Shown here piece after piece: positions 1 through 8,674 of a DNA stretch of 29,472 bases. The stretch is taken from positions 1 to 29,472 of the forward strand of contig CAZFRO010000029.1 of the NCBI GenBank assembly GCA_964521425.1, read 5' to 3'. How positions within the stretch are numbered: position 1 is the first letter of the stretch; every line of letters begins with the position of its first letter. Source of the stretch: an uncultured bacterium (GTDB lineage Bacteria; Joyebacterota; Joyebacteria; Joyebacterales; Joyebacteraceae). The notes below the pieces were generated by a model. That model was not told where the DNA came from, did no database searches, and worked only from the letters and a program-made list of their open reading frames with translations. Position numbers and translations under genes: made by a program.

Positions 1-204
1 ACATGAAGAGCGTGTGACCCGCCTACCCATTTTACAGAACTGATGTTGCTTTGCCCGAGAACGGTAACAGCCCTCATGGAACACCTCCTCTGGAAGAGCC
101 TCCATCGTGCATTGGTATCTGCTCTTATTGGACACCGCAGGCGCCTGGGTGTTTCACTTGATGTTCCGGCGCCCTTGTGCGGCACATCTCGCAGAGTGGC
201 CCTT

Positions 205-231
205 TTGCACTCCTCCCGAGGATGGTAGTAT
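205..231 (+). promoter_or_regulatory. Putative sigma70-like promoter for pepF: TTGCAC (205-210), 15-nt spacer, TAGTAT (226-231)
   Basis: Hexamer-like motifs about 40 nt upstream of the ATG at 270. The spacer is short, and the region has lower GC than the coding sequence. Confidence 0.2.
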
Positions 232-269
232 CTATGGAGCCATAACATCAAGAGCCTGGGAGGGTCAGA

Positions 270-2084
270 ATGCAGAATGTGAGCGAGAAGCTTCCCCGCT
301 GGGACATGTCCAACATCTATACGAGCCTTGAGGCAGACGACCTTGCGACCGGAAAGAAGGAGTATGAGGGGCTTCTTGGAAAGCTGGAGTCGTTTATCGC
401 GGACAGGGGGATCAAGCGGCTCGAGACCGCGCCGGAGGACCTTGACACAGCGGCCGCAACACTCGAGGCCTTGATCAACCTCCTGAACGAGACCATGGTC
501 CTTGGAAGAAGGCTGGGAGCGTTCATCGATGGCTTCACCACGACGAACACCTACGACAAGATCGCTGCGAAGAAGGAGAGCGAACTCCGACTGCTGGGCG
601 TGAGACTCTCGAACTCGTTCGTCCTCTTCGAGGCATGGATCGGCTCGATCGCTCCAGCCCTTGATGCCCTCTGCGATCGATCACCCGTGGTCAAGGAGCA
701 CCGGCAGGCGCTCGTGGATATCGCGGAGCAGAGCAAGTACAGGATGACGCCGGAGATGGAGAACCTCGCATCCGAGCTCCTGGTCTTCTCCGGTGGGGAG
801 AGCCTCAGCATGCTTCAGGGCACGGTCACGAGCCAGCTCAAGATGCCGTTCGAGAAGGATGGGAAGACCGAGATGTTGCCGATGACGGCTATTCGCAACC
901 TCTCAAACAGCCCGGACGAGGATGTTCGTCGGCGCGCCTACGAGACAGAGCTTGAAGGCTGGGCGACCATACGAGAGCCGGTTGCTTTCGCCTTAAACGG
1001 TGTCAAAGGCACGGCTTTGACGCTCGCGAAGCGACGTGGACGAGAGAGCGTACTCGACAAGTCTCTCGATGACAATATGATCGACAAGGAGACGCTCGAT
1101 GCGCTCCTGACATCGATGAAGGCCTCCCTCCCCATCTTCAGGAAGTACTTCAAGTGCAAGGCGAAGAAGTTGGGTAAGGAGAGTCTGCCCTGGTGGGATC
1201 TCTTCGCTCCTGTCGGGTCGGTTGAACTCTCATACACGTGGCCGGAGGTGCAAGACTACATTGTCGAGCAGTTCGGGACATTCTCGAGTGAGCTTGCCGA
1301 CTACGCGAAGAACGCCTTCGAGAAGAACTGGATTGATGCTGAGCCGCGCGACGGAAAGGTTGGCGGCGCCTTCTGCATGCGCGTTCCAGGCGTAGACGAA
1401 TCGCGTATCCTCGCCAACTTCGACGGCAGCTTCGATCAGATGAGCACACTGGCACACGAGCTGGGACACGGATTCCACAACCATTGCCAGATCGGCCTCC
1501 CTATGATGCGCCAGGGCTCACCGATGACTCTGGCTGAGACGGCATCGATCTTCTGTCAGACGATAGTCATCAATGCCGCGCTGGACGCATCTCCACCGGA
1601 GGCGCAGCTGGGCATCCTTGAGAACCAGATCATGGACGCCGCCCAGGTCATCGTGGACATCTACTCGCGCTATATCTTTGAGACGGAGGTGGTCTCGCGG
1701 AGGGCTGAATCCACTGTCTCCGCGGACGACTTCTGCGAGATCATGCTCGATGCGCAGCGCCAGGCCTACGGAGATGGGCTTGACGGACACCATCTACACG
1801 AGTACATGTGGCTCTTGAAGCCGCACTACTACAGTCACCACTACAATTACTACAACTTCCCCTACGCATTCGGCCTCCTGTTCGGGCTTGGCGTGTATGC
1901 GATCTACGTGAAGGAGGGTGAGGCGTTCCTCCCGCGCTACAAGGAGCTCCTCAGGAGCACGGGCGAGGGGAAGGCGGCCGATCTGGCGGCACGCTACGGG
2001 ATCGACATCCGCTCCCGCGGCTTCTGGGACGCCAGTATTGATGTCATGGCGAAGCAGATCGAGAGGTATTGCGAGCTAGACTAG
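270..2084 (+). CDS. pepF: M3B family oligoendopeptidase F
   Basis: 604-aa ORF. The zinc motif HELGHGFH (HEXXH) is present at the expected position. An RBS GGGAGGG lies 6 nt upstream of the ATG. The length and N-terminus are typical of PepF. Confidence 0.88.
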   Translation: MQNVSEKLPRWDMSNIYTSLEADDLATGKKEYEGLLGKLESFIADRGIKRLETAPEDLDTAAATLEALINLLNETMVLGRRLGAFIDGFTTTNTYDKIAAKKESELRLLGVRLSNSFVLFEAWIGSIAPALDALCDRSPVVKEHRQALVDIAEQSKYRMTPEMENLASELLVFSGGESLSMLQGTVTSQLKMPFEKDGKTEMLPMTAIRNLSNSPDEDVRRRAYETELEGWATIREPVAFALNGVKGTALTLAKRRGRESVLDKSLDDNMIDKETLDALLTSMKASLPIFRKYFKCKAKKLGKESLPWWDLFAPVGSVELSYTWPEVQDYIVEQFGTFSSELADYAKNAFEKNWIDAEPRDGKVGGAFCMRVPGVDESRILANFDGSFDQMSTLAHELGHGFHNHCQIGLPMMRQGSPMTLAETASIFCQTIVINAALDASPPEAQLGILENQIMDAAQVIVDIYSRYIFETEVVSRRAESTVSADDFCEIMLDAQRQAYGDGLDGHHLHEYMWLLKPHYYSHHYNYYNFPYAFGLLFGLGVYAIYVKEGEAFLPRYKELLRSTGEGKAADLAARYGIDIRSRGFWDASIDVMAKQIERYCELD

Positions 2085-2108
2085 CTTGCGGTCGGCACGG
2101 GGCCCATC

Positions 2109-2573
2109 ATGAATCAGTGCGATTCGCCAGGAGATGGATCGCTGCGTCGGTGGTGGCGTGGTATCGCGGCATCCGCGGCGCTGCTTCTTGTAGTCGGTTT
2201 GCTTGTGGGGTGCAGCCCCGGTGTGTGCCACATGTACCTGGGTCAGGAGCGCCCCGACTCCGAGACTGCAACGGTTGTGGCGGGAGTGCCGGGTCTCGGG
2301 ATCCTCGCGGTGGACGAGAACAAGACGCCGTCGCGTGGCGGCAATCTGGTGCCGGAGGTGAGGGTTCTTCCGGGCAAACACTCAGTCCTTGTCATGCGCG
2401 TTGTCCCTGCGACCGTTGGCCGCTCAGGCTACCGCACAAATGCCGAACTGCTGCTGGATGCCGTGGCAGGACATCGATACTCGATTCACAGCGAGAGAGG
2501 TCGTGCGGGAGTGTCCTTCTGGATAGAGGATGAAACGACCGGGCGAATAGTGACCATCTCATCTCCATTGTGA
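2109..2573 (+). CDS. Small lipoprotein of unknown function
   Basis: 154-aa ORF. It has a hydrophobic N-terminus ending in a lipobox-like LVGC. There are no recognisable catalytic motifs. The start is 25 nt after the pepF stop. Confidence 0.5.
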   Translation: MNQCDSPGDGSLRRWWRGIAASAALLLVVGLLVGCSPGVCHMYLGQERPDSETATVVAGVPGLGILAVDENKTPSRGGNLVPEVRVLPGKHSVLVMRVVPATVGRSGYRTNAELLLDAVAGHRYSIHSERGRAGVSFWIEDETTGRIVTISSPL

Positions 2574-2628
2574 CGCGGGAGCTTCAGGTGGCTCGGGCGG
2601 ATCGGGGTGGACCAGCATTGGGGTTCGG

Positions 2629-3378
2629 TCAGATCTGATCCTTCTCTGCTACGACGACAATCCACATGCTCTCTTCGTCGTACGGAGCGCGCGCGAAATC
2701 ACCGTAGATCGCCTTCCGGGAGAGCCCGGCGTAGTCGAGCGCATCATCTATGACAACAGGAGTGATGATGGCGACGTCTATCTCCTCCCTGTCCGTGTCG
2801 CATCGGGTCCTGCCTGGAATGTGTTCCTTGTAGAGGATATTGAAAGACGTTGTCTCGTCGCCATCGAAGTAGGTCTGCGCAACAAAGCGTATGACGATCC
2901 GCCCGCCCGGAAGCTCGCGTTCCTCCGGAGGGACGTTGACTGTACGGCGGAGGCTCCGCGGTGACATGATGTCGAAGGCGAATGTCCCACCCTCCACCAT
3001 CTGATCGGATGTCGAGCGGAATATGCCTCTCAGATCGTCGGCGCTGTCTCCCTGAATGCTCGATGAGGCCCCATACACGAAACCGAACCTGCGACCGAGA
3101 TCGAACGACAGCATGTCCGCCACGATCAGCCTGCTCCTCCCTGATATCTCAGGGTAGTAGTTTCGCCGCTTCTTCTTCGCTTCCTTGATCGTCTCAGGCG
3201 AGCGGTCGATTCCCCAGACGTCGCGGCCTTGCTTCGCTATCTCGAAGAGCAGCTCCCCCGTGCCGACGCCAAGTTCAAGTACGTCACCGGTCGTCTCCCG
3301 TGCGAGATCCAGGTAGAACTGGAGACCGGCGCCGGTGTCAAAGCAATCGCCATACTGGGGGTTCGTGCTGTAGCTCAT
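2629..3378 (-). CDS. Class I SAM-dependent methyltransferase
   Basis: Motif I VLELGVGTGELL, then an acidic motif II (IVAD). The ORF track starts it at 3387, but GGAGG sits 9 nt upstream of the ATG at 3378, so 3378 is preferred. Confidence 0.78.
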   Translation of the reverse strand: MSYSTNPQYGDCFDTGAGLQFYLDLARETTGDVLELGVGTGELLFEIAKQGRDVWGIDRSPETIKEAKKKRRNYYPEISGRSRLIVADMLSFDLGRRFGFVYGASSSIQGDSADDLRGIFRSTSDQMVEGGTFAFDIMSPRSLRRTVNVPPEERELPGGRIVIRFVAQTYFDGDETTSFNILYKEHIPGRTRCDTDREEIDVAIITPVVIDDALDYAGLSRKAIYGDFARAPYDEESMWIVVVAEKDQI

Positions 3379-3480
3379 TCCAGTCATCCTCCGCGATGAA
3401 CGATCTTCTCAAAACGCCGTGTTCAGGATAACATGACCTGCGCAACAGGGATAGTTCACTGAGTAGAATGGGAGGAGCAG

Positions 3481-3900
3481 GTGACTGTCGCCACCGACAC
3501 CATAAGATGTCAGACAGAGGGAGACGGAGACACCATCGATCTCACGGGCGGTCTCGCACAGGCTATCACGGCTTCCGGGCTCAGGACCGGCGTTGCGACG
3601 CTCTTTGTCGCGGGATCGACGGCAGGGATAACGACAATCGAGTTTGAGTCCGGGGTCATAGAGGATCTTAAGGAGGTGCTTGATACGCTGGCCCCAAGCG
3701 ACAGGGACTGGCGGCATCACAGGAGATGGGGAGATCACAACGGCCACAGTCACATCCGCTCCGCCCTGGTGGGACCGAGTCTCTCTGTACCATTTGTGAA
3801 TGGTGAATCGGTTTTAGGAACATGGCAGCAGGTCGTTCTTCTCGACTTCGACGAACGCCCACGGTCGCGCGAGGTGGTCGTTCAGCTCATCGGAGAGTAG
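3481..3900 (+). CDS. YjbQ/UPF0047 family protein (annotated secondary thiamine-phosphate synthase)
   Basis: 139 aa with a GTG start and GGGAGGAG RBS. The conserved C-terminal block HHRRWGDHNGHSHIRSALVGPSLSVPF...GTWQQVVLLDFD is typical of the YjbQ family. Confidence 0.78.
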   Translation: MTVATDTIRCQTEGDGDTIDLTGGLAQAITASGLRTGVATLFVAGSTAGITTIEFESGVIEDLKEVLDTLAPSDRDWRHHRRWGDHNGHSHIRSALVGPSLSVPFVNGESVLGTWQQVVLLDFDERPRSREVVVQLIGE

Positions 3901-3981
3901 TATCATAGGACTATTGCGTCGTTGGGGGTGCCGGCAGTAGGATGGATTTTGAGTGGACGGCGCCTCAGGGGAGCTCTCACA

Positions 3982-4821
3982 ATGCGTGTCGTCGTTACAG
4001 GCGGAAGCGGACTCCTTGGCCGGCGGGTCGTGAGCAGGCTCGCAGGCGAGCATGATGTCGTGAACCTCGATATCCGCTCCTCGCGAGATAATGTGGGCGA
4101 GTACGTTCGCTGCGATATTCTGGACAGGTCCGGCGTAGCGCGTGCCTTGAGAGGCGCCACTGCTGTCGTCCACGCCGCCGCTCTCCCCGGCCCCTCTTTC
4201 GGAACACCACAAGAACTCCGTACTGTAAATACCGATGGAACTGCTGAGGTCGCGCGCGCAGCGCTCGAGGCCGGCGCAGAGCGTTTCATCCATATCTCAA
4301 GCGAAGCCGTTCTCGGCTTCGTGTTCGGCAATGGAGAAGAAAGGCCCAGGTATCTGCCGATCGACGAAGGTCATCCCACCTCTCCATCCGAGCCCTACGG
4401 CAACAGTAAGTTCGTTGCTGAGACGCTCCTTGAACATCAGATTGGGAGTGCGCTGCCACTCGTCATCCTTCGCCCTCCCTGGATCTGGGTGCCAAGTGAG
4501 TATGACCGCTACCGCGCACTGGTGGAAAGCCCTGATCAGTGGGTGGGGGGACTCTGGGCATATGTGCATGGAGATGATGTCGCAGAGGCGATCGCTCGGC
4601 TGCTCGCAGCCGAGCTACCCACAGGAACTCACACAGCATATGTGTGCGCACCAGACAATGGAACCATCTATCCCACAGCTGAACTGGTCGAGAAGTGGTA
4701 TCCTGATATCACGCTTCCGGGTGAGTTCCCTGAATACGGTAGCCTCATATCATCCGACACGCTCTTTGCACTCACGGGCTTCCGCCCGGCGATGCGATGG
4801 AGGGAGTTCCTCACGGCATGA
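3982..4821 (+). CDS. NAD-dependent epimerase/dehydratase (extended SDR)
   Basis: Rossmann motif VVVTGGSGLLGRRV directly after the ATG at 3982, with RBS AGGGGAG 9 nt upstream. The catalytic YGNSK (YxxxK) is present. The track's TTG start at 3922 was rejected. The stop overlaps the next start as ATGA. Confidence 0.8.
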   Translation: MRVVVTGGSGLLGRRVVSRLAGEHDVVNLDIRSSRDNVGEYVRCDILDRSGVARALRGATAVVHAAALPGPSFGTPQELRTVNTDGTAEVARAALEAGAERFIHISSEAVLGFVFGNGEERPRYLPIDEGHPTSPSEPYGNSKFVAETLLEHQIGSALPLVILRPPWIWVPSEYDRYRALVESPDQWVGGLWAYVHGDDVAEAIARLLAAELPTGTHTAYVCAPDNGTIYPTAELVEKWYPDITLPGEFPEYGSLISSDTLFALTGFRPAMRWREFLTA

Positions 4822-5786
4822 GAATCGTCCTCGACATGGACACGGGTGTAGATGATGCGGTCGCGATGGTGCTCGCCATGAACTCCCCGGAGTTCGAGAT
4901 CGAGGCCATAACGACCGTCGCCGGAAACGCACCTGTGGTTCAATGCACACGGAACTCACTCCTTATCACCGAACTCCTGAGACCGTGGGACCCTCCCCCT
5001 GTTGCGCACGGCGCATGTGAGCCGCTCGTGCAGTCTCTCATCATCGCTCCGGAGGTCCACGGCCACGACGGTCTGGGCGGGCTCCTGGACTCGCTTCCAA
5101 CGCCGCATCATGCCGCGGATACGAGACCTGCCGTCGAACTTATCGCAGCCATCCCGCACGACGGTCCGGACGACGTGGCGCTTGTCGCCTCGGGTCCCCT
5201 GACGAATCTGGCCGTGGCGCTCAGGACCGACCCGACTGCAATGGCGGCCTACAGGCACATTGTCATAATGGGAGGCGCCTTCGATGTGCCCGGGAACACC
5301 GGACCGGTGGCCGAGTTCAATTTCTACGTCGACCCCGACGCGGCATCGGAGGTTCTGAACTCAGGACTCGACATCACGATCATCCCCCTCGACGTTACGA
5401 TGAGCACGGCTCTCACACGAGACGCACTTGAGTCACTGGTGAGGAGCGGGGGGCAGACTGATATCCCAGCTCTGGCGAGGCCGGGACGGAACCTGGCGGC
5501 GATTCTCTATCGCGCCCTCGACTACTATATGGACTTCCAGGAGGACGAGTCGGGACTGAATGGCGGCTTTATGCACGATGCGCTCGCCGTTTCAGCCGCG
5601 CTCTTCCCTTCCATTATCACGACGAGGCCGGCATCCATTGAGGTCATAACGAGTGGGCCTGCGCGCGGACGCTCACTCGTTCATCCGGCTGTCAATGGGC
5701 GGACGGTGAACATCGCCGTCGGTCTCGACGAGAGCATGTTTCACGAGATTCTCGAGGAGAGGGTTCTTGTGCCTGTCTGGGGATGA
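4818..5786 (+). CDS. Inosine-uridine preferring nucleoside hydrolase family protein
   Basis: The N-terminal MRIVLDMDTGVDDAVAM matches the DxDxxxDD calcium/ribose-binding fingerprint. GGAGGGA lies 11 nt upstream of the ATG at 4818. The ATG at 4797 has no RBS and was rejected. Confidence 0.85.
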   Translation: MRIVLDMDTGVDDAVAMVLAMNSPEFEIEAITTVAGNAPVVQCTRNSLLITELLRPWDPPPVAHGACEPLVQSLIIAPEVHGHDGLGGLLDSLPTPHHAADTRPAVELIAAIPHDGPDDVALVASGPLTNLAVALRTDPTAMAAYRHIVIMGGAFDVPGNTGPVAEFNFYVDPDAASEVLNSGLDITIIPLDVTMSTALTRDALESLVRSGGQTDIPALARPGRNLAAILYRALDYYMDFQEDESGLNGGFMHDALAVSAALFPSIITTRPASIEVITSGPARGRSLVHPAVNGRTVNIAVGLDESMFHEILEERVLVPVWG

Positions 5787-5852
5787 ATCCTCCCGCCCGC
5801 TAAGTCGTCGGACCGGTTGTTGAAATCCCGTCCGTGAATGGGGAGTTACGTA

Positions 5853-6818
5853 ATGCAGAAGCGTCCTCAGAAAATCGGCCTGGTACTCGGGAGCGGCTCC
5901 GCTCGTGGCTGGGCTCACGTCGGAGTGATACGCGCTCTTGAGGAGAGAGGCATACGCGCCGACTGCGTTGCCGGGACCAGCATCGGCGCTCTGGTCGGCT
6001 CTGCCTATGCCGGGCGAAAGATGGACGTGCTGGAGGGAGAGATCCTCAAGCTGGACTGGAGGCGCGTGCTGTACTTCTTCTCCGATCCCTCGTTCCATCG
6101 ATCTGGACTCGTTGACGGGAAGAGAATCGCAGACTTCCTCCGAAGCCGGGCCTCGGGTCTGAACATGGAGTCGCTTCCGACGCCGATCCGCGTGGTCGCC
6201 ACAGATCTGAATACCGGTTGTGAGGTCTGCTTGAAAAGCGGCGACATCATCGACGCTCTCAGGGCAAGCTTCGCCATACCCGGCGTCTTCACACCGGTCG
6301 AGATAGATGGTGCGATCCTCGTCGACGGTGGTCTGGTCAATCCCCTGCCCGTCAGCGTCGCGAGGCAGATGGAGGCGGACTTCGTGATAGCCGTGGATGT
6401 CGGGCGCACATCCATGACTCCGACAACTCCTCCCCTCATGCAGACAGACGAGATGGGCAAGGACAGCAAGGATGAGGAGTCGAGTTCCTCGGTAGGGCTA
6501 CAGCTGCTCAACTCCCTGAGCGATCTCATCGGTACTATCGATGTAGCACCCCTCACACACCTCCGACAGAGATCACACAAGGTGTCTCTCCCGCACGTTT
6601 TTGAAGTGCTCGTGGCTTCGATCAACATCATGGAGATGGAGATCACCGAGATGAGACTCAGGACCGAACCCGCCGATCTCTTGATCCGTCCATCGCTCGG
6701 ACATATCGGGTTCTTCGAGTTCAACAAGGCAGAGGAAGCCATCGCCGAGGGGTATCGCGCCGCTACAGAGGCGCTCAACGGTCTAGCAGACGGTGGCGCC
6801 TTCCTCGCGCAGAGCTAG
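5853..6818 (+). CDS. Patatin-like phospholipase (RssA-like)
   Basis: Oxyanion motif GSGSARG, nucleophile elbow GTSIGA (GxSxG) and the catalytic Asp in VDGGL are all present. GGGGAG lies 7 nt upstream of the ATG at 5853. Confidence 0.85.
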   Translation: MQKRPQKIGLVLGSGSARGWAHVGVIRALEERGIRADCVAGTSIGALVGSAYAGRKMDVLEGEILKLDWRRVLYFFSDPSFHRSGLVDGKRIADFLRSRASGLNMESLPTPIRVVATDLNTGCEVCLKSGDIIDALRASFAIPGVFTPVEIDGAILVDGGLVNPLPVSVARQMEADFVIAVDVGRTSMTPTTPPLMQTDEMGKDSKDEESSSSVGLQLLNSLSDLIGTIDVAPLTHLRQRSHKVSLPHVFEVLVASINIMEMEITEMRLRTEPADLLIRPSLGHIGFFEFNKAEEAIAEGYRAATEALNGLADGGAFLAQS

Positions 6819-6994
6819 CTCAAAGCGCGACACCTCGCGATAGACGGATCCCTAGATGTGGCTGGAGTAGGTTGGGTTGGGTGAGTCCTTGCAGTCTACC
6901 TGCCAGACCGAGGGCGCTCCGGACGGGCCTCTGCGTGTGCGGTACCCAACCCGCGGATATCAGCCTGAGTCACCGTCGAAGAAGCCCCTTCCTC

Positions 6995-7031
6995 CGAAAC
7001 AAAGGGGCCCCGTGCAGTCGCACGGGGCCCC
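6995..7031 (-). terminator. Rho-independent terminator after the FG-GAP protein gene
   Basis: A perfect 12-bp GC-rich stem (ggggccccgtgc / gcacggggcccc, 7004-7031) with a 4-nt loop. On the minus strand it is followed by TTTGTTTC (6995-7003). Confidence 0.65.
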
Positions 7032-7062
7032 AAAGATCCGGCTTGACACCGGCTGTTCCATA

Positions 7063-7998
7063 TCACCGGTACTTCGCTTTGATCACACCCCAGCTTGTGC
7101 GCTCGACCGGGGTTGCGCCCCCGTTCAGGAATAGGAGGTTCTCGTCCCCTATGCCGACTGCCAAGATCATGTCGGGGTCACCGTCCGCGTCAATGTCCAA
7201 GAGATCTATACCCCAGGCTCCATAGATGGTCCGAACAGATATCCCCTGCAGCATGTCCGGATTCTCAACGAACTCAAACTCTTGGGCCGTCCCCACGTTC
7301 TCAAAACACTCCGGCCATGTATCGTACGAGACACGTACAAGGTCCAGGTCTCCGTCGGAGTCGAGGTCGCCTAGGCCCATTGTCGGGTATGAGCCTGTGG
7401 CCATTGCAATACCGTCCACCCACGCAACAAACTCGTAGGAGGGTGAGGTCGCTGTGCCCACATTCCGGGCGTAGCGTATCCTTCCGGTCCAGCTGCCCAA
7501 CATGCGGTCCAGATCTCCATCACCATCCATGTCAGCAAGCCGCGGACTACCGTGGGCGCCGCCGAACGGCACGCCATCGAAGACCCACAGATCTTCCACC
7601 CACACAGGGTTCTGCGGCGTCCCCCTGTTCCAGTAGAAGCGGACGAAGTCGTCGTACCAACAGGTGATTACGAGATCGAGGTCGCCGTCAGCGTCAAGGT
7701 CCCCCAGTCCACCGTTTCGCTGAATGCAAGATGGCACATCCTCGTATGGTGAGGGACCAAGTTGCCAAGCAGGCTCCGTGGGTGTGCCCACATTCCAGAA
7801 TTGGTTGATGGGAACTGCATCGAACAGCGAGACATCGATATCACCGTCTCCGTCAAGATCGCCAGCTGCCATCCTGCAGCTGTATCCCTGTGGAGCCAAC
7901 TCGTGCGCCGGCGTCCAGTAGATCGTGGCAGCTGAGGTGGCACACGCAACCATCAGGATCAGACCGGCCACCACCAACACATTCACTATCGCCTTCAT
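7063..7998 (-). CDS. Secreted FG-GAP/VCBS repeat protein
   Basis: Signal peptide MKAIVNVLVVAGLILMVACATSAA. There are repeated D-x-D-G-D-G-D-x-D and GDLDADGDLDLV calcium-binding, beta-propeller-like motifs. AAGGGG RBS lies 7 nt before the ATG at 7998. The track start at 8013 is a GTG. Confidence 0.7.
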   Translation of the reverse strand: MKAIVNVLVVAGLILMVACATSAATIYWTPAHELAPQGYSCRMAAGDLDGDGDIDVSLFDAVPINQFWNVGTPTEPAWQLGPSPYEDVPSCIQRNGGLGDLDADGDLDLVITCWYDDFVRFYWNRGTPQNPVWVEDLWVFDGVPFGGAHGSPRLADMDGDGDLDRMLGSWTGRIRYARNVGTATSPSYEFVAWVDGIAMATGSYPTMGLGDLDSDGDLDLVRVSYDTWPECFENVGTAQEFEFVENPDMLQGISVRTIYGAWGIDLLDIDADGDPDMILAVGIGDENLLFLNGGATPVERTSWGVIKAKYR

Positions 7999-8061
7999 AT
8001 CATCCCCTTCCACTCTGAAGGGTCGGGACAGAGGCGCCCCATTCTCGGCGCGACGCCGGCC

Positions 8062-8664
8062 TTACCGATCGCCATCATCATGCTCTACATCCATCGCCCT
8101 CGGCGTGTACCAGACAGTCAATGCAGCAACGCCGGCCCGCAGGCCACCGGCAAACTCCGGCAACATGCTGCCTTCCTCGCCAGCCGATGGAGCCAGCACG
8201 AACCCGCGGTTGGCTGCCGCGTCATCCGCCCAGATCGCCACCATCTCGGTCACATCCAGGCGAACGAGCGACGAGTCTCCGGATGCCACGCCCCACATCG
8301 CGTGAAGACCGCGGTCGAAGGGCTCTGCACCACTGCCATCGAACCCTGTCCAGTCGACGAGGCCCGCCTCCCAGTCCTCGGTCACGAAAAACGCGTTCAG
8401 GGTCAGACCACCCACCTCGGCATCACACTCAACCGTCGCACTGAACTCAACAACGGCAAGCTCGATCTCCGCTTCCTCGAGATACTCCGGCAGGTCGAAC
8501 TTCGCCAGGAACCCCATGGGAGTCTCGGTACCGGCATCCATCACAGAGCCAGTGGCGCTTGACTCAAGCTCGACCCTGGCGGCGAGACTGGCACCCGTTG
8601 CGCCTACGAGCAGCACCAGGGCCATCATGGGGATTACGTAGCACCGACCGTACCATCCGTTCAT
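8062..8664 (-). CDS. Secreted hypothetical protein
   Basis: 200 aa. A strong AGGAGG RBS sits 7 nt upstream and overlaps the end of the giant peptidase gene. N-terminal signal peptide MMALVLLVGATGASLAA. No recognisable catalytic motif. Confidence 0.55.
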   Translation of the reverse strand: MNGWYGRCYVIPMMALVLLVGATGASLAARVELESSATGSVMDAGTETPMGFLAKFDLPEYLEEAEIELAVVEFSATVECDAEVGGLTLNAFFVTEDWEAGLVDWTGFDGSGAEPFDRGLHAMWGVASGDSSLVRLDVTEMVAIWADDAAANRGFVLAPSAGEEGSMLPEFAGGLRAGVAALTVWYTPRAMDVEHDDGDR

Positions 8665-8674
8665 CGGGCGCCTC

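Noticed and set aside
43-331. Small plus-strand ORFs 43..228 and 107..331 upstream of and overlapping the pepF start.
   Set aside because: There is no RBS and no recognisable motifs. They overlap each other and the pepF start, within a lower-GC leader. They are most likely noncoding.
2574-2628. Intrinsic terminator between the convergent lipoprotein and methyltransferase genes.
   Set aside because: There are only weak 4-5 bp stems and no T-tract on either strand.
3922-3981. Track start codons for several genes: TTG 3922, ATG 4797, ATG 5838, GTG 8013, ATG 15801, ATG 22259, ATG 26923 and GTG 28029.
   Set aside because: The ORF track takes the first ATG, GTG or TTG after a stop. In each case a downstream ATG has a properly spaced purine-rich RBS, avoids a long overlap with the upstream gene and matches the conserved family N-terminus. 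Examples are the Rossmann GxxGxxG and the DxDxxxDD motif.
5853-6818. Patatin-like phospholipase as a CBASS (CapV-like) effector.
   Set aside because: There is no CD-NTase (cGAS/DncV-like) gene, and no Cap2 or Cap3 gene adjacent. The neighbours are metabolic enzymes. An RssA-type housekeeping role is more likely.
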